The position numbers and the translations under genes were made by a program. Of a stretch of DNA of 64,000 nt, positions 49,610 through 60,140 are shown piece by piece. Origin of the DNA: Dehalococcoidia bacterium. Lineage in GTDB: Bacteria; Chloroflexota; Dehalococcoidia; Dehalococcoidales; Fen-1064. Position 1 is the stretch's first letter, and every line of letters starts with the position of its first letter. The notes below the pieces were generated by a model. That model was not told where the DNA came from. It searched no databases and saw only the letters and a program-made list of their open reading frames with translations. The stretch covers positions 49,494 through 113,493 of the forward strand of contig DUFD01000044.1 of assembly GCA_011171075.1 (NCBI GenBank), given 5' to 3'.

Positions 49610-51115
49610 ATGGAAACAATTAAAAAATCAAATAGCAATGACGCGCTGAACACTGAGCCTATGAAGAACGTGTCGAAGCAGATATTCCTCAATGCTCTGG
49701 CCTGTCCCACGATGGGATGGGTATCTCGGTGTGATGAGGACTTTGGGGCTGAGTTGACACTGGGCGAGAGGTTTCGGATGGACCAGGGTACCGAGGTTGG
49801 TCGGCGGGCCAGGAGCCTTTATCCTGGTGGAAAGCTGACCTCTCTTAATTTTGGAGTGGCTCTTAGAGAGACTAAAGAAGCACTGGCTGATGAAGCTACA
49901 TCGTCAATCTTTGAGGGTGCTTTTCTTATCGATAATTTTGCGGCCAGAGCGGACGTGCTCGCACGGGCAGATGGGGGCTGGCACCTGGTCGAGGTGAAGT
50001 CGGCTGCAAATGACAGGGACGAGTTCATCGATGACATGGCCTATACGGCGATGGTCGCCGGGCGCTGTGGGCTTGATATTAACTGTGTCTCGCTGCTGCT
50101 GGTGTCACGCGACTATCGACTGGGCATGCCGGACGAGAAGCTGTTCGTTGAGATTGACCACACCGACGAGGTACTGACAAGGGTCGAGGAGTTGAAGCCA
50201 CTCTGGCAGGAAATCGAGGAGATAACCAGGGCGCCAGAGAAGCCTGCTCCCCGCCTTATCTACGAGTGCCGCCAGTGCGAGCTTTTCGGGGAGTGTATGG
50301 GGCAAGATATTGACAATCACATCTTTAGTCTCCCGCGACTGAATCAGGCCAAGTTTTCTGAGCTGGCGGCGCTGGGAATCGACCGTATCGAGGATATACC
50401 GGAGGGATTCTCTCTGACAGAATACCAGGTCAGGGTGGTGGACTGCGTGCACAGGAACGAGACCTTCGTCGGTGAGGGTTTGAGCGATGAGCTATCGAAG
50501 GTGACATGGCCGGCGTACTACCTCGATTTTGAGACGGTGATGACGGCGATATCGCTGTATCCTGATGTTGCCCCGTATACCCAGGTCCCGACCCAGTACT
50601 CGGTACACAGGTGTCCTGAGGTCGGTCTCATTGATGGGCACTTCGAATACCTGGCTGACCCGGCCAGGGACTGCCGGGAAGAGCTTGCCCGGAACCTCAT
50701 CAACGACCTCGGAGAAGAGGGAAGTATTATTGCCTACTCCAATTTTGAGAGGGCTATTATCAACGGTCTGGCAGGGCTGCTCCCCGACCTTGCTGACAGA
50801 TTGCTGGCACTGACCGACCGCATCGTAGACCTGGAGGTTATTGTCAGGCGCAACTACTACCACCGTGGCTTCTGCGGGAGCACTTCGATAAAGCGGGTGC
50901 AGCCTGTGCTCATTCCAGAGGTAAAGTATCAGGAGATTGGAATTAGAGAGGGAGACTCTGCATCGGCAGCCTTTGCCTATATGGCACTCGGTAAAGACCC
51001 TGACCCTGAAACCACGAGGAAAAATCTGCTTGAATACTGTAAACTGGACACGTTGACAATGGTCAAGCTCCACCAGTATCTGATGGGACTGATAAAGAAC
51101 CATGGACATGTTTGA
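49610..51115 (+). CDS. DUF2779-type protein: PD-(D/E)XK nuclease domain plus RNase H-like/DEDD domain
   Basis: RADVL..LVEVKS; ACP and CRQC.....C; YLDFET, P.QYS.H, SIK.V.P, EYCKLDT. Confidence 0.8.
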   Translation: METIKKSNSNDALNTEPMKNVSKQIFLNALACPTMGWVSRCDEDFGAELTLGERFRMDQGTEVGRRARSLYPGGKLTSLNFGVALRETKEALADEATSSIFEGAFLIDNFAARADVLARADGGWHLVEVKSAANDRDEFIDDMAYTAMVAGRCGLDINCVSLLLVSRDYRLGMPDEKLFVEIDHTDEVLTRVEELKPLWQEIEEITRAPEKPAPRLIYECRQCELFGECMGQDIDNHIFSLPRLNQAKFSELAALGIDRIEDIPEGFSLTEYQVRVVDCVHRNETFVGEGLSDELSKVTWPAYYLDFETVMTAISLYPDVAPYTQVPTQYSVHRCPEVGLIDGHFEYLADPARDCREELARNLINDLGEEGSIIAYSNFERAIINGLAGLLPDLADRLLALTDRIVDLEVIVRRNYYHRGFCGSTSIKRVQPVLIPEVKYQEIGIREGDSASAAFAYMALGKDPDPETTRKNLLEYCKLDTLTMVKLHQYLMGLIKNHGHV

Positions 51116-53102
51116 GCGGCAACGTTCTGAACAAATGAGTAGAGAGGCCCCGCTGGCTGCCCGGATGAGACCGGATACCCTTGATGCATTTGTCGGGCAG
51201 GAGCACCTTGTCGGAGAGGGACACGTTATCCGGCAGGCCATCGAGACCGGACAGATTCCGTCGATTATCCTCTGGGGTCCGCCTGGCAGTGGTAAGACCA
51301 CGCTGGCCTCGGTAATCGCCAACACCACCGAATCGCATTTCAGCTCGGTGAGCGCCGTCAGTGCCGGTGTTGCCGACCTTCGCCGTATAATACAGGAAGC
51401 TAGGGAGCGCCGGAGGTTGCACCAGCAGAAGACCATCCTGTTTATCGACGAGATTCACCGTTTCAACAAGGCGCAGCAGGATGCCGTATTGCCGTATGTC
51501 GAGGACGGCACCGTTACCCTCATCGGCGCTACGACTGAGAACCCCTCCTTCGAGGTAAATGCCCCGCTGCTTTCGCGCTGTCGTGTGCTGATGCTGAACC
51601 CCCTTACCGATGACGAAATCCGTACCATCATTCACAGGGCACTGGAGGATGGTGATAGTGGACTCGGACAGCTGAATGCTGAGCTTGACGATGACGCAAT
51701 GGCGCATTTAATTGTGATGTCAAGCCATGATGCCCGAATTGCGCTCAACACGCTGGAACTGGCAGTCTTGACGACTCCACCCGACCACGCTGGTAAACGC
51801 CATGTTACTCTGCCGACTGTTGAAGACGCTGCCCAGAAGCGTATGCTCCGATACGACAAGGCCGGCGAAGAGCACTTCGACCTGATATCGGCGCTGCACA
51901 AATCGATGCGCGGCTCCGACCCGGATGCCGCCCTTTACTGGTTAGGGAGGATGCTGGAGGCGGGTGAAGACCCACTGTACGTTGCCCGGCGTCTGGTGCG
52001 TTTTGCTTCGGAGGATGTCGGTATGGCCGACCCGCAGGCGCTGGTGGTGGCCATGGCTGCCCAGCAGGCGGTACACTTTATCGGGTTGCCCGAAGGAAAC
52101 CTGGCACTGGCCGAAGCAGCTGTGTATTTGGCAACTGCCCCTAAGAGCAACTCCCTGTATAAGGCCTACTCCGATGTGCAGACCGAGATAAAAGAGGGCT
52201 CCAACGACCCCGTGCCACTACACCTGCGTAACCCGGTAACCCCGTTGATGAGGCAGGTCGGCTATGGCAAGGGGTACAAGTATGCCCACGACTATGAAGG
52301 GCACTTCGTTGAGCAGCGGAACCTGCCTGATTCACTTCAGGGGAAAAAGTTCTATCAGCCCGGCGACCAGGGATACGAAAAAGAGGTGACGGCCCGACTT
52401 AAAACATGGCGACCGGAGAAAAAGCAGAGGATTCGGAAAGCGAGCAAGAAAATGAGTAACGGTATGGTCAGGTTTCCGTGTGGTGATATGACTCTGGAGG
52501 GAATGTGGCACCTGCCTCAGGGAGATGGGCCTTTTCCGGTGGTCGTTGTCTGCCACCCGCACTCTCTCTACGGTGGGAATATGTTTAATAACGTCGTGGC
52601 GGCAATCTGCGGAGCGGTCAGCCAGCAGGGAATAGCTGCCTTCCGTTTCAATTTCCGTGGTGTGGATGAGAGTGAGGGGCAGTTCGGCGGGGGAATCGCC
52701 GAGAGGGACGATGTTAAAGCGGCGCTGGAGTTTGTGACAGCGGCGGAGAAGATAGACACCGAAAAGGTCGGGCTGGTCGGCTATTCCTTCGGTGGTAGCG
52801 TGGTCTTGCCGGTTGCCCTTGAAGAAGAACGTGTCCACCAACTGGCACTGATATCGCCGGCCTTGACAGAGTCGGGATGGCAGCAGCTTGAGAACTACCC
52901 CCGACCAAAGCTCGTTATCGTGGGTGGCAATGACTCCGTGATTCGTTTAGAGCAGTTTCAGAAGCTTGCCGGGGTAGCTCGAAATCCAGCAGAGTACCAG
53001 ATAATTGCTGGGGCCGACCACTTCTGGGGAGGACATGAAGTGGAAATATCACGTAAGGTGGTTGATTTCTTCGCTGGTGGTTTCGGGTCAAGCGATAGTT
53101 AA
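51102..53102 (+). CDS. rarA: Replication-associated recombination protein RarA/MgsA in frame with a C-terminal alpha/beta hydrolase
   Basis: [44 protein letters not shown]; from ATG 52452 HPH..GG.M, GYSFG, D, ADHF. Confidence 0.9.
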   Translation: MDMFERQRSEQMSREAPLAARMRPDTLDAFVGQEHLVGEGHVIRQAIETGQIPSIILWGPPGSGKTTLASVIANTTESHFSSVSAVSAGVADLRRIIQEARERRRLHQQKTILFIDEIHRFNKAQQDAVLPYVEDGTVTLIGATTENPSFEVNAPLLSRCRVLMLNPLTDDEIRTIIHRALEDGDSGLGQLNAELDDDAMAHLIVMSSHDARIALNTLELAVLTTPPDHAGKRHVTLPTVEDAAQKRMLRYDKAGEEHFDLISALHKSMRGSDPDAALYWLGRMLEAGEDPLYVARRLVRFASEDVGMADPQALVVAMAAQQAVHFIGLPEGNLALAEAAVYLATAPKSNSLYKAYSDVQTEIKEGSNDPVPLHLRNPVTPLMRQVGYGKGYKYAHDYEGHFVEQRNLPDSLQGKKFYQPGDQGYEKEVTARLKTWRPEKKQRIRKASKKMSNGMVRFPCGDMTLEGMWHLPQGDGPFPVVVVCHPHSLYGGNMFNNVVAAICGAVSQQGIAAFRFNFRGVDESEGQFGGGIAERDDVKAALEFVTAAEKIDTEKVGLVGYSFGGSVVLPVALEEERVHQLALISPALTESGWQQLENYPRPKLVIVGGNDSVIRLEQFQKLAGVARNPAEYQIIAGADHFWGGHEVEISRKVVDFFAGGFGSSDS

Positions 53103-53113
53103 ATTCGTGTTTG

Positions 53114-53800
53114 TTAGTCTTTAGCCAGGTGAACAAACTCTTCGTGGACCTCGTCCGGGAAATCGGTAATAACGCCGTCGATATCCATTGTCAGGGCACT
53201 CCTTACCTCTGCCATATTCACACAACCCCAGACGAATATCATCAGGTTTGCGTCGCGGACCTGCCTGACCAGTTCGTTACTGACAGAGGGAAACCTGGCA
53301 ACTACCATCCCGGAACTGGCTGACTTTGCCAGCCTGACCGGGTCCTTAATTTCGTAGGCGCTGAGGATTCCCCTCTGAATCTCGGGGGCGAGTCGGGCGA
53401 GCTCGATAATGATGTCGCGGTTGAACGAGCTGAAAACGACCTCCTCCGGTTGGAGCCGCTCTCTAACCAGTTCTAAAAACCTGTCCAGCGATGATACCCT
53501 TTTAATCTCTATGTTCAGCAGCGTCTTGCCCCGGCACAGCTCCAGGGTCTGCTCCAGGGTCGGTACTCGGTACTTCCCTCGCAACTTTACCTGGCCTATC
53601 TCCTCCAGTGTCATCTGGCCGATGTCGCGACCATCTATTTCGTCGTCGTGAAATATGACGAAGCGGTGGTCGGCTGTTTCATGGACGTCACACTCGATGC
53701 CGTCGACCGGTATCCTGATAGCCGCTTCAAAGGCTTCCAGAGTGTTGTCCGGGAACTGCCGGGTAAAGCCACGGTGAGCGATATTCAGGACACGTTTCAT
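53114..53800 (-). CDS. Glycerophosphodiester phosphodiesterase
   Basis: IAHRG..P.NT..AF, IECDV, HD, NIEIK, SSF, GVITDFP. Confidence 0.92.
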   Translation of the reverse strand: MKRVLNIAHRGFTRQFPDNTLEAFEAAIRIPVDGIECDVHETADHRFVIFHDDEIDGRDIGQMTLEEIGQVKLRGKYRVPTLEQTLELCRGKTLLNIEIKRVSSLDRFLELVRERLQPEEVVFSSFNRDIIIELARLAPEIQRGILSAYEIKDPVRLAKSASSGMVVARFPSVSNELVRQVRDANLMIFVWGCVNMAEVRSALTMDIDGVITDFPDEVHEEFVHLAKD

Positions 53801-53816
53801 GGCAGGCAAACTTTCT

Positions 53817-54218
53817 TCAAGTGATTTCCCAGTCCCGGTAACCCTGCTGTATTGTCGCCAGGTAGTCGCGTGACGGCTGAGTCTCTTCGGACTGCTCCCG
53901 CCTGACATAGGTGATTGCTTTGAAAGCCTCACCGTCTTCGTTGATTACAAGCACGTTGGTCCGGTTGTGGCTCGCGGGATAACCCTCGTACCTGTCGAGT
54001 CGGTTACGACATAACTCTGAAATTTCATAGACCGCCCCGACGACCTTATCTCCCTGGAAAGGCTTGATACTGGCGGTACCGCCACGCCACTGTCTTGACC
54101 AGCCGGCGAATATCAGCTTGTAGTTGGGTAGCACCGCCCGGAATACCGGCTTGCTGTCGGGGCAGCGCTCCTTCATCTGTTTCCGGCTCAGGTTGCTGGC
54201 ATAGGCAAAATAATACAT
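53817..54218 (-). CDS. Gamma-glutamylcyclotransferase-family protein
   Basis: YFAY.SNL...M..RCP, LDRYEG.P, PS..Y. Confidence 0.85.
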   Translation of the reverse strand: MYYFAYASNLSRKQMKERCPDSKPVFRAVLPNYKLIFAGWSRQWRGGTASIKPFQGDKVVGAVYEISELCRNRLDRYEGYPASHNRTNVLVINEDGEAFKAITYVRREQSEETQPSRDYLATIQQGYRDWEIT

Positions 54219-54374
54219 TCTTCAGTACCTGAACGTATTATACACCAATCTGTGATAGAAAATGGTCTGAGCAAAATATAGGCTTGAGAAAAGGGAGACA
54301 GTCTGTCATAATTTTGATAGTGGTTTCTGTGGTTACCAGTTTCCCAGTGTGTTTGTGATGTTAGGTAGAGCGCC

Positions 54375-55391
54375 ATGATTGTCGAGATGAAAACAGGTGC
54401 CAGCAAAGATGCGGTGGATACCGTTGTCCAGAGAGCAAAGTCTCTGGGATTCAACATCCAGTTGAACCGGGGTACCGATAAGGTAGTGGTGGCTATTCTG
54501 GGGAGTAATACCGGCCAGGTCGCAACCGACATATTCGCCGTGCTTCCGGAGGTAGAGAGCGTTACCCGAATCATGAAGCCCTACAAACTGGCCTCCCGTG
54601 AATTCATGGGTAGGGATAGTATTGTATCCGTCAACGGGATAGAAATCGGTGGCAAGTGCGTGGTCATTATGGCCGGTCCATGTGCTGTGGAGAGTGAAAA
54701 ACAGCTCATGGAGGCGGCCAGAGCAGTGAAAAAGGCCGGGGCAAGCGTTCTGCGCGGAGGGGCTTTCAAGCCACGGACCTCACCATTCAGTTTTCAGGGG
54801 CTGGAGGAGGCAGGACTGAAACTTCTGGAGAAAGCCAGGAAGCAAATAGGAATGCCGGTGATCACTGAAGTGGTCGACCCGCACGAAGTCGATTTAGTTG
54901 CCGGCTCGTCAGATATTCTTCAAATTGGTTCCCGTAACATGCAGAACTATGCACTATTGACGGAGGTCGGCAAGAGCCGGCGTCCCACTGTGCTGAAACG
55001 GGGGTTCTCCTGCACGATTACCGAGTGGCTCACGGCAGCCGACTATATACTGGCTGAGGGCAACGACCAGGTTATTCTCTGCGAGAGGGGAATCCGGACA
55101 TTCGAAGACAGTACGCGCTTTTCGCTGGATATCTCGGCCATACCGGTATTAAAGAGGTCCAGCCATTTACCGGTAATAGTTGACCCGAGCCATGCTGCCG
55201 GTCATTTTGCACTGGTACCGGCGATGGCCCGCGCGGCGATTGCTGCCGGTGCCGATGGGTTGCTGATAGAGGTTCATCCCAATCCCAAGGAGGCCCTGGT
55301 AGACGGCCTACAGTCATTGACACCGTCCGATTTCTCCAGATTAATGGTCGAACTGCGGGCGATTGCCAGTTCAATAGGCAGGTATATTTAG
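54375..55391 (+). CDS. aroF: DAHP synthase type I-beta with N-terminal ACT-like domain
   Basis: AGPCAVE, GGAFKPRTSP, QIG.RNMQN, LCERGIRTF, VDPSH. Confidence 0.95.
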   Translation: MIVEMKTGASKDAVDTVVQRAKSLGFNIQLNRGTDKVVVAILGSNTGQVATDIFAVLPEVESVTRIMKPYKLASREFMGRDSIVSVNGIEIGGKCVVIMAGPCAVESEKQLMEAARAVKKAGASVLRGGAFKPRTSPFSFQGLEEAGLKLLEKARKQIGMPVITEVVDPHEVDLVAGSSDILQIGSRNMQNYALLTEVGKSRRPTVLKRGFSCTITEWLTAADYILAEGNDQVILCERGIRTFEDSTRFSLDISAIPVLKRSSHLPVIVDPSHAAGHFALVPAMARAAIAAGADGLLIEVHPNPKEALVDGLQSLTPSDFSRLMVELRAIASSIGRYI

Positions 55392-55427
55392 CATTGGAAT
55401 TATAGAGACCGGTTTCATGATTTGAGC

Positions 55428-55450
55428 GCAGCCGACCACGCAGGTCGGCT
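55428..55450 (+). terminator. Hairpin after aroF
   Basis: CAGCCGACC-acgca-GGTCGGCTG 9-bp stem; weak U tract. Confidence 0.5.
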
Positions 55451-55547
55451 GTACTGGTAGTATCGTGGCAGTCAGATTCGGGTTGAAGCGTAGCTGTCCC
55501 CTAAGCTATACTTAACTTGATTTGTTTGGTAGCCGGGAGGAGATATA

Positions 55548-57341
55548 TTGCTAAAGAGCCATAGTTGTGGTGAGCTCCGTAAAGGCAACGTCGGTGAGAA
55601 AGTGACATTGGCCGGTTGGGTAGACCGGCGCCGTGACCACGGCGGGCTGATATTCATTGACCTCCGTGACCGCGAGGGGACAGTGCAGGTTGTATTCAAT
55701 CCCGAGGTATCCCCGTCATGCCACGGCACGGCTAACGATATGAGGAGTGAATATGTAATCAATGTCAGCGGTGAGGTTGCGCTACGCCCGCCGGGGACGG
55801 AGAACTCTCAGTTATCTACCGGCGACGTCGAGGTCATTGCCAGCGACTGTACAATACTGAGTGTATCGGAAACACCGCCCTTCTACATCAACCAGGAGAT
55901 AGAGGTAGAGGAGAGCCTGCGTCTCAGGTACCGCTACCTTGACCTGCGCCGTTCGAGAATGCTGAGGAATTTGACCCTCCGCCACCAGGTAGTGAAGTTC
56001 ATCCGCGACTTCCTCGATGCACGTGGCTTCCTTGAGATAGAGACCCCGATAATGATAAAGAGTACACCGGAGGGTGCCCGCGATTATCTGGTGCCCAGTC
56101 GGGTTCATCCTGGCAAGTTCTATGCCCTGCCACAGTCGCCGCAGCAGTTGAAGCAGCTCCTGATGGTAGCCGGGGTCGAGAAGTATTTTCAGATAGCCCA
56201 TTGTTTCCGTGACGAGGACACCAGGGCGGACCGCCAGCCGGAGCATACCCAGCTTGACCTTGAGATGAGCTTTGTCACCGAGGACGATATTCTCAATCTG
56301 ATGGAGGAACTTTTAACCGCGCTGGTACTTGCTGTTAAACCTGAAATAAAAGTGATAAAGCCTTTTCCGCGTCTGGCATACGATGATACTATGGAGCGTT
56401 TTGGCACGGACAAACCTGACCTGCGTTTTGGTCTGGAGCTTGGTGACCTGTCTGATATCGTTGCCGGTTCTGAGTTTGCCGTTTTCCGTGATACTGTTGC
56501 CTCGGGTGGCAGGGTAAAAGGTATCTGTGCTCCCGGCTGCGGTGGTTACAGCCGAAATCAGCTTGAGGAATTGAACAAAATAGCTCAGGGTCTTGGTGCC
56601 CGTGGGCTACTCACGGTTGCGCTTGGTGATGCACCGGGTAGCTTGAACGATCTTACTCTTGATATGGTGAAGTCGGTAGCTGCCAGGTATCTGACTCTGG
56701 AACAGGTGAAAGAGATTGCGGGTCGTCTCGGTGGCGATATGGGAGACCTGTTGCTGATTGTTGCCGGAGAACCGAAAATGGTAAACAAGGTGCTCAGTGA
56801 ATTGCGGACAGAGATGGGACGCCGACTCGAACTGGCTGATCCGAATACGCTTGCTTTTGCTTTTATACAGGATTTTCCGTTGCTGAGGTGGGATGAGGAA
56901 CTGGGCAGGTGGGACTCGGAGCACCATCCCTTTACAGCGCCGAAGGATGAGCATATCCCGCTGCTGGATACCGAGCCTGGAAAGGTACACTCGAAACACT
57001 ACGATATCGTCTGTAATAACTACGAACTGGCCAGCGGCAGCATCAGGATTCACGATAGCGAGCTTCAGCACAAGATATTCAGTCTGCTTGGCTACAGTGA
57101 TGAGGAGATACAGCAACGCTTTGGTACGATACTTGAGGCATTCCATTACGGACCACCGCCCCATGGTGGTATTGCTCCAGGCATCGACCGTATTGTGATG
57201 CTGCTTGCCGGAGAGGAGACCATCCGGGAGGTCATTGCCTTTCCCAAGAACCAGAGTGCGGTTGATTTAATGCTGGATGCACCCTCGCCTGTCACTGAGG
57301 AGCAGCTGACAGAACTGCATCTGAGATTGCGTAACGAGTAA
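55548..57341 (+). CDS. aspS: Aspartyl-tRNA synthetase, probably non-discriminating
   Basis: RRDHGG, RYRYLDLR, LPQSPQ, FRDED.RADRQPE, PPHGGIA.G.DR. Confidence 0.97.
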   Translation: MLKSHSCGELRKGNVGEKVTLAGWVDRRRDHGGLIFIDLRDREGTVQVVFNPEVSPSCHGTANDMRSEYVINVSGEVALRPPGTENSQLSTGDVEVIASDCTILSVSETPPFYINQEIEVEESLRLRYRYLDLRRSRMLRNLTLRHQVVKFIRDFLDARGFLEIETPIMIKSTPEGARDYLVPSRVHPGKFYALPQSPQQLKQLLMVAGVEKYFQIAHCFRDEDTRADRQPEHTQLDLEMSFVTEDDILNLMEELLTALVLAVKPEIKVIKPFPRLAYDDTMERFGTDKPDLRFGLELGDLSDIVAGSEFAVFRDTVASGGRVKGICAPGCGGYSRNQLEELNKIAQGLGARGLLTVALGDAPGSLNDLTLDMVKSVAARYLTLEQVKEIAGRLGGDMGDLLLIVAGEPKMVNKVLSELRTEMGRRLELADPNTLAFAFIQDFPLLRWDEELGRWDSEHHPFTAPKDEHIPLLDTEPGKVHSKHYDIVCNNYELASGSIRIHDSELQHKIFSLLGYSDEEIQQRFGTILEAFHYGPPPHGGIAPGIDRIVMLLAGEETIREVIAFPKNQSAVDLMLDAPSPVTEEQLTELHLRLRNE

Positions 57342-57360
57342 GATAGTGGCTGGTTGAATA

Positions 57361-58680
57361 GTGAAAGTTACTAACGAGAAGACCGAAAACAGTCAGACCT
57401 ACCTGATGATTGAGATGGACGAGGCCGAGGTTGAGGAGTCCACGGAGAAGGCCTATCGGAAACTGGTGCAGCGGGTAAATGTTCCCGGCTTCCGCAAGGG
57501 GAAAGCCCCGCGGGAGGTGCTGGAGCGCCATGTTGGTAAGGAGACGTTACTTAACGATATGCTCGATGAGCTGGTTCCCCAGGCCTACGAAAAGGCTCTG
57601 GAAGAGCAGGAAATAGAGGCGATTGCCCGCCCTCAGATAGAGATTGTCCAGACCGACCCGGTGATTTTCAAGGCGGTGGTGCCACTGAGACCGGTGGTCA
57701 CGCTGGGGGATTACCATAGTATACGTCTTGAACAGGAGCTGGTTGAGGTCACCGAGGAGATGGTCGATGCCGTTATAGAGCAGCTCCGTCACCAGCATGC
57801 CACCTGGGAGCCTGTTGAGCGTCCGCTGGCGCTCGGAGACCTGGCAACCCTCGATGTTGAGAGCACGGCTGAAGGCGAGCCGTTTATCAACCAGAAGGGG
57901 GCGCAGTATCAACTAATGGCTGAATCTATTACCCCGGCACCAGGTTTTGCCGAGCAGCTGGTGGGGATGAACAAGAACGAGGAGAAAGAGTTCGAAATCC
58001 AGCTTCCAGACGACTATACAAGGGAAGAGTTTGCCGGTAAAAAGGCTTCATTTAAGGTAACTATCATCGAGATAAAGCAGGAGTATCTTCCCGAGGTTAC
58101 GGATGACTTTGCCGCTCAGGTAGAGTCCGAGACTAAGACTGTTGAGGCCCTTCGTGAGCGAATCGAGGCCGACCTCAGAACCAGGACCGAAGCAAGGTCG
58201 AAGCAGGACTTTGAGGAGCGGGTGATTGAGGCTGTTACCGACATCAGCGAGGTAAAGTACCCGCCGGTTATGGTAGAGGTGGAGATACACGAATTACTCG
58301 ATGACCAGGCGCGGCGCTTGCAGATGCAGGGACTGACTATGGAGCAGTACCTCAGGGCCATGAACAAGACGGATGAGGAAATGCACGAGGAAATGCGCCC
58401 GATAGCTGAGAAACGGGTCACCAGAGGTCTGGTGCTCGGTAAGGTTGCTGAGGAGGAGAAGATTGAGGTCAGTGATGATGATATCGATGCGGAGATTGCC
58501 GTGATGGTTGAGAGTGCCGCTGAGGACAGGAGGCAGGAGTTTAAGGAAATCCTGGATACACCGCAAACCCGCGATTCACTCAGACAGACGCTGCTTACCC
58601 GAAATACCGTGCAGCGTCTTGCCGAAATAGCCAAAGGTTTAAAAGAAATCGACACGTCTCTTAAGGAGGAAGAAAAATGA
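57361..58680 (+). CDS. tig: Trigger factor
   Basis: PGFRKGKAP ribosome-binding signature; FKBP-like middle domain. Confidence 0.95.
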   Translation: MKVTNEKTENSQTYLMIEMDEAEVEESTEKAYRKLVQRVNVPGFRKGKAPREVLERHVGKETLLNDMLDELVPQAYEKALEEQEIEAIARPQIEIVQTDPVIFKAVVPLRPVVTLGDYHSIRLEQELVEVTEEMVDAVIEQLRHQHATWEPVERPLALGDLATLDVESTAEGEPFINQKGAQYQLMAESITPAPGFAEQLVGMNKNEEKEFEIQLPDDYTREEFAGKKASFKVTIIEIKQEYLPEVTDDFAAQVESETKTVEALRERIEADLRTRTEARSKQDFEERVIEAVTDISEVKYPPVMVEVEIHELLDDQARRLQMQGLTMEQYLRAMNKTDEEMHEEMRPIAEKRVTRGLVLGKVAEEEKIEVSDDDIDAEIAVMVESAAEDRRQEFKEILDTPQTRDSLRQTLLTRNTVQRLAEIAKGLKEIDTSLKEEEK

Positions 58681-59294
58681 ACGAGCATCCGATGAATGTT
58701 ATCCCCATGGTGATTGAGACTGGCACCAGGGGGGAGCGTGCCTTTGATATATACTCCCTCTTGCTGCGGGAGCGTATCGTTATACTGGGTATGCCGATTA
58801 ATGACCAGGTAGCTAATGTAATCATTGCCCAGCTGCTTTATCTCGATAGGGAAGACCCCGACAAGGATATCAACCTCTATATCCACTGCCCTGGGGGGAT
58901 CATCAGTGCCGGACTGGCAATCTATGACACCATGCAGGTTATCCGCCCCCAGGTGTCCACGGTGTGTGTCGGGCTGGCGGCCAGCATGGGGACGGTGTTG
59001 CTCTGCGCCGGAGCCAAGGGTAAGCGCTACGCTTTGCCCAACTCAACAATCCACATGCACCAGGCAGCCGGCGGTGCTCAGGGACAGGCGGCTGATATCG
59101 AAATAGCTGCTCGGGAAATTATGCGGATTCAGGATATCATCCGTAACATCCTCGTCGAGCATACCGGTCAGCCACTGGAGAAGATAATCCATGACACCGA
59201 CCGCGATTTCTACCTCGACCCAAAACAGGCGGTAGAGTACGGTCTCGTGGATGAGATACTCACCAAGCCGAGTGAGGAGAAGGGCAAGAAGTAG
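58677..59294 (+). CDS. clpP: Clp protease proteolytic subunit
   Basis: DIYS.LL.ERI, AQLLYL, GLAASMG, MHQ, DTDRD. Confidence 0.97.
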   Translation: MNEHPMNVIPMVIETGTRGERAFDIYSLLLRERIVILGMPINDQVANVIIAQLLYLDREDPDKDINLYIHCPGGIISAGLAIYDTMQVIRPQVSTVCVGLAASMGTVLLCAGAKGKRYALPNSTIHMHQAAGGAQGQAADIEIAAREIMRIQDIIRNILVEHTGQPLEKIIHDTDRDFYLDPKQAVEYGLVDEILTKPSEEKGKK

Positions 59295-59303
59295 CCCGAC
59301 TGA

Positions 59304-60128
59304 TTACGCGCCCTTCTTTCGCAGGTACTCTTCAATATCGGTGGTGAGGTCGTAGCCACTGATAGGTTTTCCATCGTCGTCCGTGATTTGCTTGTTCGGG
59401 CTGACCTTTACCCGGCCCTCGCTGAAGGCGCGGATGGTGGTGATTATCAACGGGATTTCCCGGATAAAGCCGTGCTGCCGGATGGTCTTGAACAGGGGGT
59501 TGTCCTCGCTGTGTTTCTCCGGGCTGTCCACCGGTATCTTTGCCCATTCTTCCCATAGATGGTCGAAAGGCTCTCCCCGTATCGGGTAGGTGCAGTAGGT
59601 CACCACCGGCCCCCTGTCCAGTTCCGGGATAACCAGGTGCATCATAACGCCGCTCTCACGGGCACCGCTCTCAATCAACTCCCAGATAACGTTTTGCCAG
59701 ATTCCGGTCGGGCCGTGGGGTGATGCCGGGTGAAGGTTAATGATGTTGTATTTCTGGCACATCTCCTCGCCGAAAATCAGCATGAATCCTGCCAGAATAC
59801 AGAGGTCAGGTTGAAAGTCCTTGATACGGGACATCACCTCTCTATCGTAGTCGATACGCCACTGTGGCATTGGTGTTCCCGGTGGCGGTGTGCGCTCTCC
59901 CCTCGCCCGCCGGTAGTTCTGATAGGAAAAATAGACCAGGGGGATGCCATAGTCCTCTACCAGTTTAAGGTATACGTCGGTGAGTTCCGCCTCTCCCGGT
60001 TCGCGACTGCAGAAGACAAACTCGATTTCCGCGCTGATTTCACCCGCCTCGATGCAGTCGTGAATCGACCTGAGAAGTCTCTGTGAGCCCTCGCTCCTGC
60101 CCGTGGAGAACCAGCCGAGTTTGTACAT
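59304..60128 (-). CDS. Formyltransferase, PurN-like
   Basis: LAGFM.I, INLHPA, SGVMMH..ELDRGP catalytic N-H-D. Confidence 0.8.
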   Translation of the reverse strand: MYKLGWFSTGRSEGSQRLLRSIHDCIEAGEISAEIEFVFCSREPGEAELTDVYLKLVEDYGIPLVYFSYQNYRRARGERTPPPGTPMPQWRIDYDREVMSRIKDFQPDLCILAGFMLIFGEEMCQKYNIINLHPASPHGPTGIWQNVIWELIESGARESGVMMHLVIPELDRGPVVTYCTYPIRGEPFDHLWEEWAKIPVDSPEKHSEDNPLFKTIRQHGFIREIPLIITTIRAFSEGRVKVSPNKQITDDDGKPISGYDLTTDIEEYLRKKGA

Positions 60129-60140
60129 ACCTGCACTCCT

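Noticed and set aside
55392-55547. T-box leader for aspS
   Set aside because: Too short, no T-box consensus; the hairpin fits aroF termination
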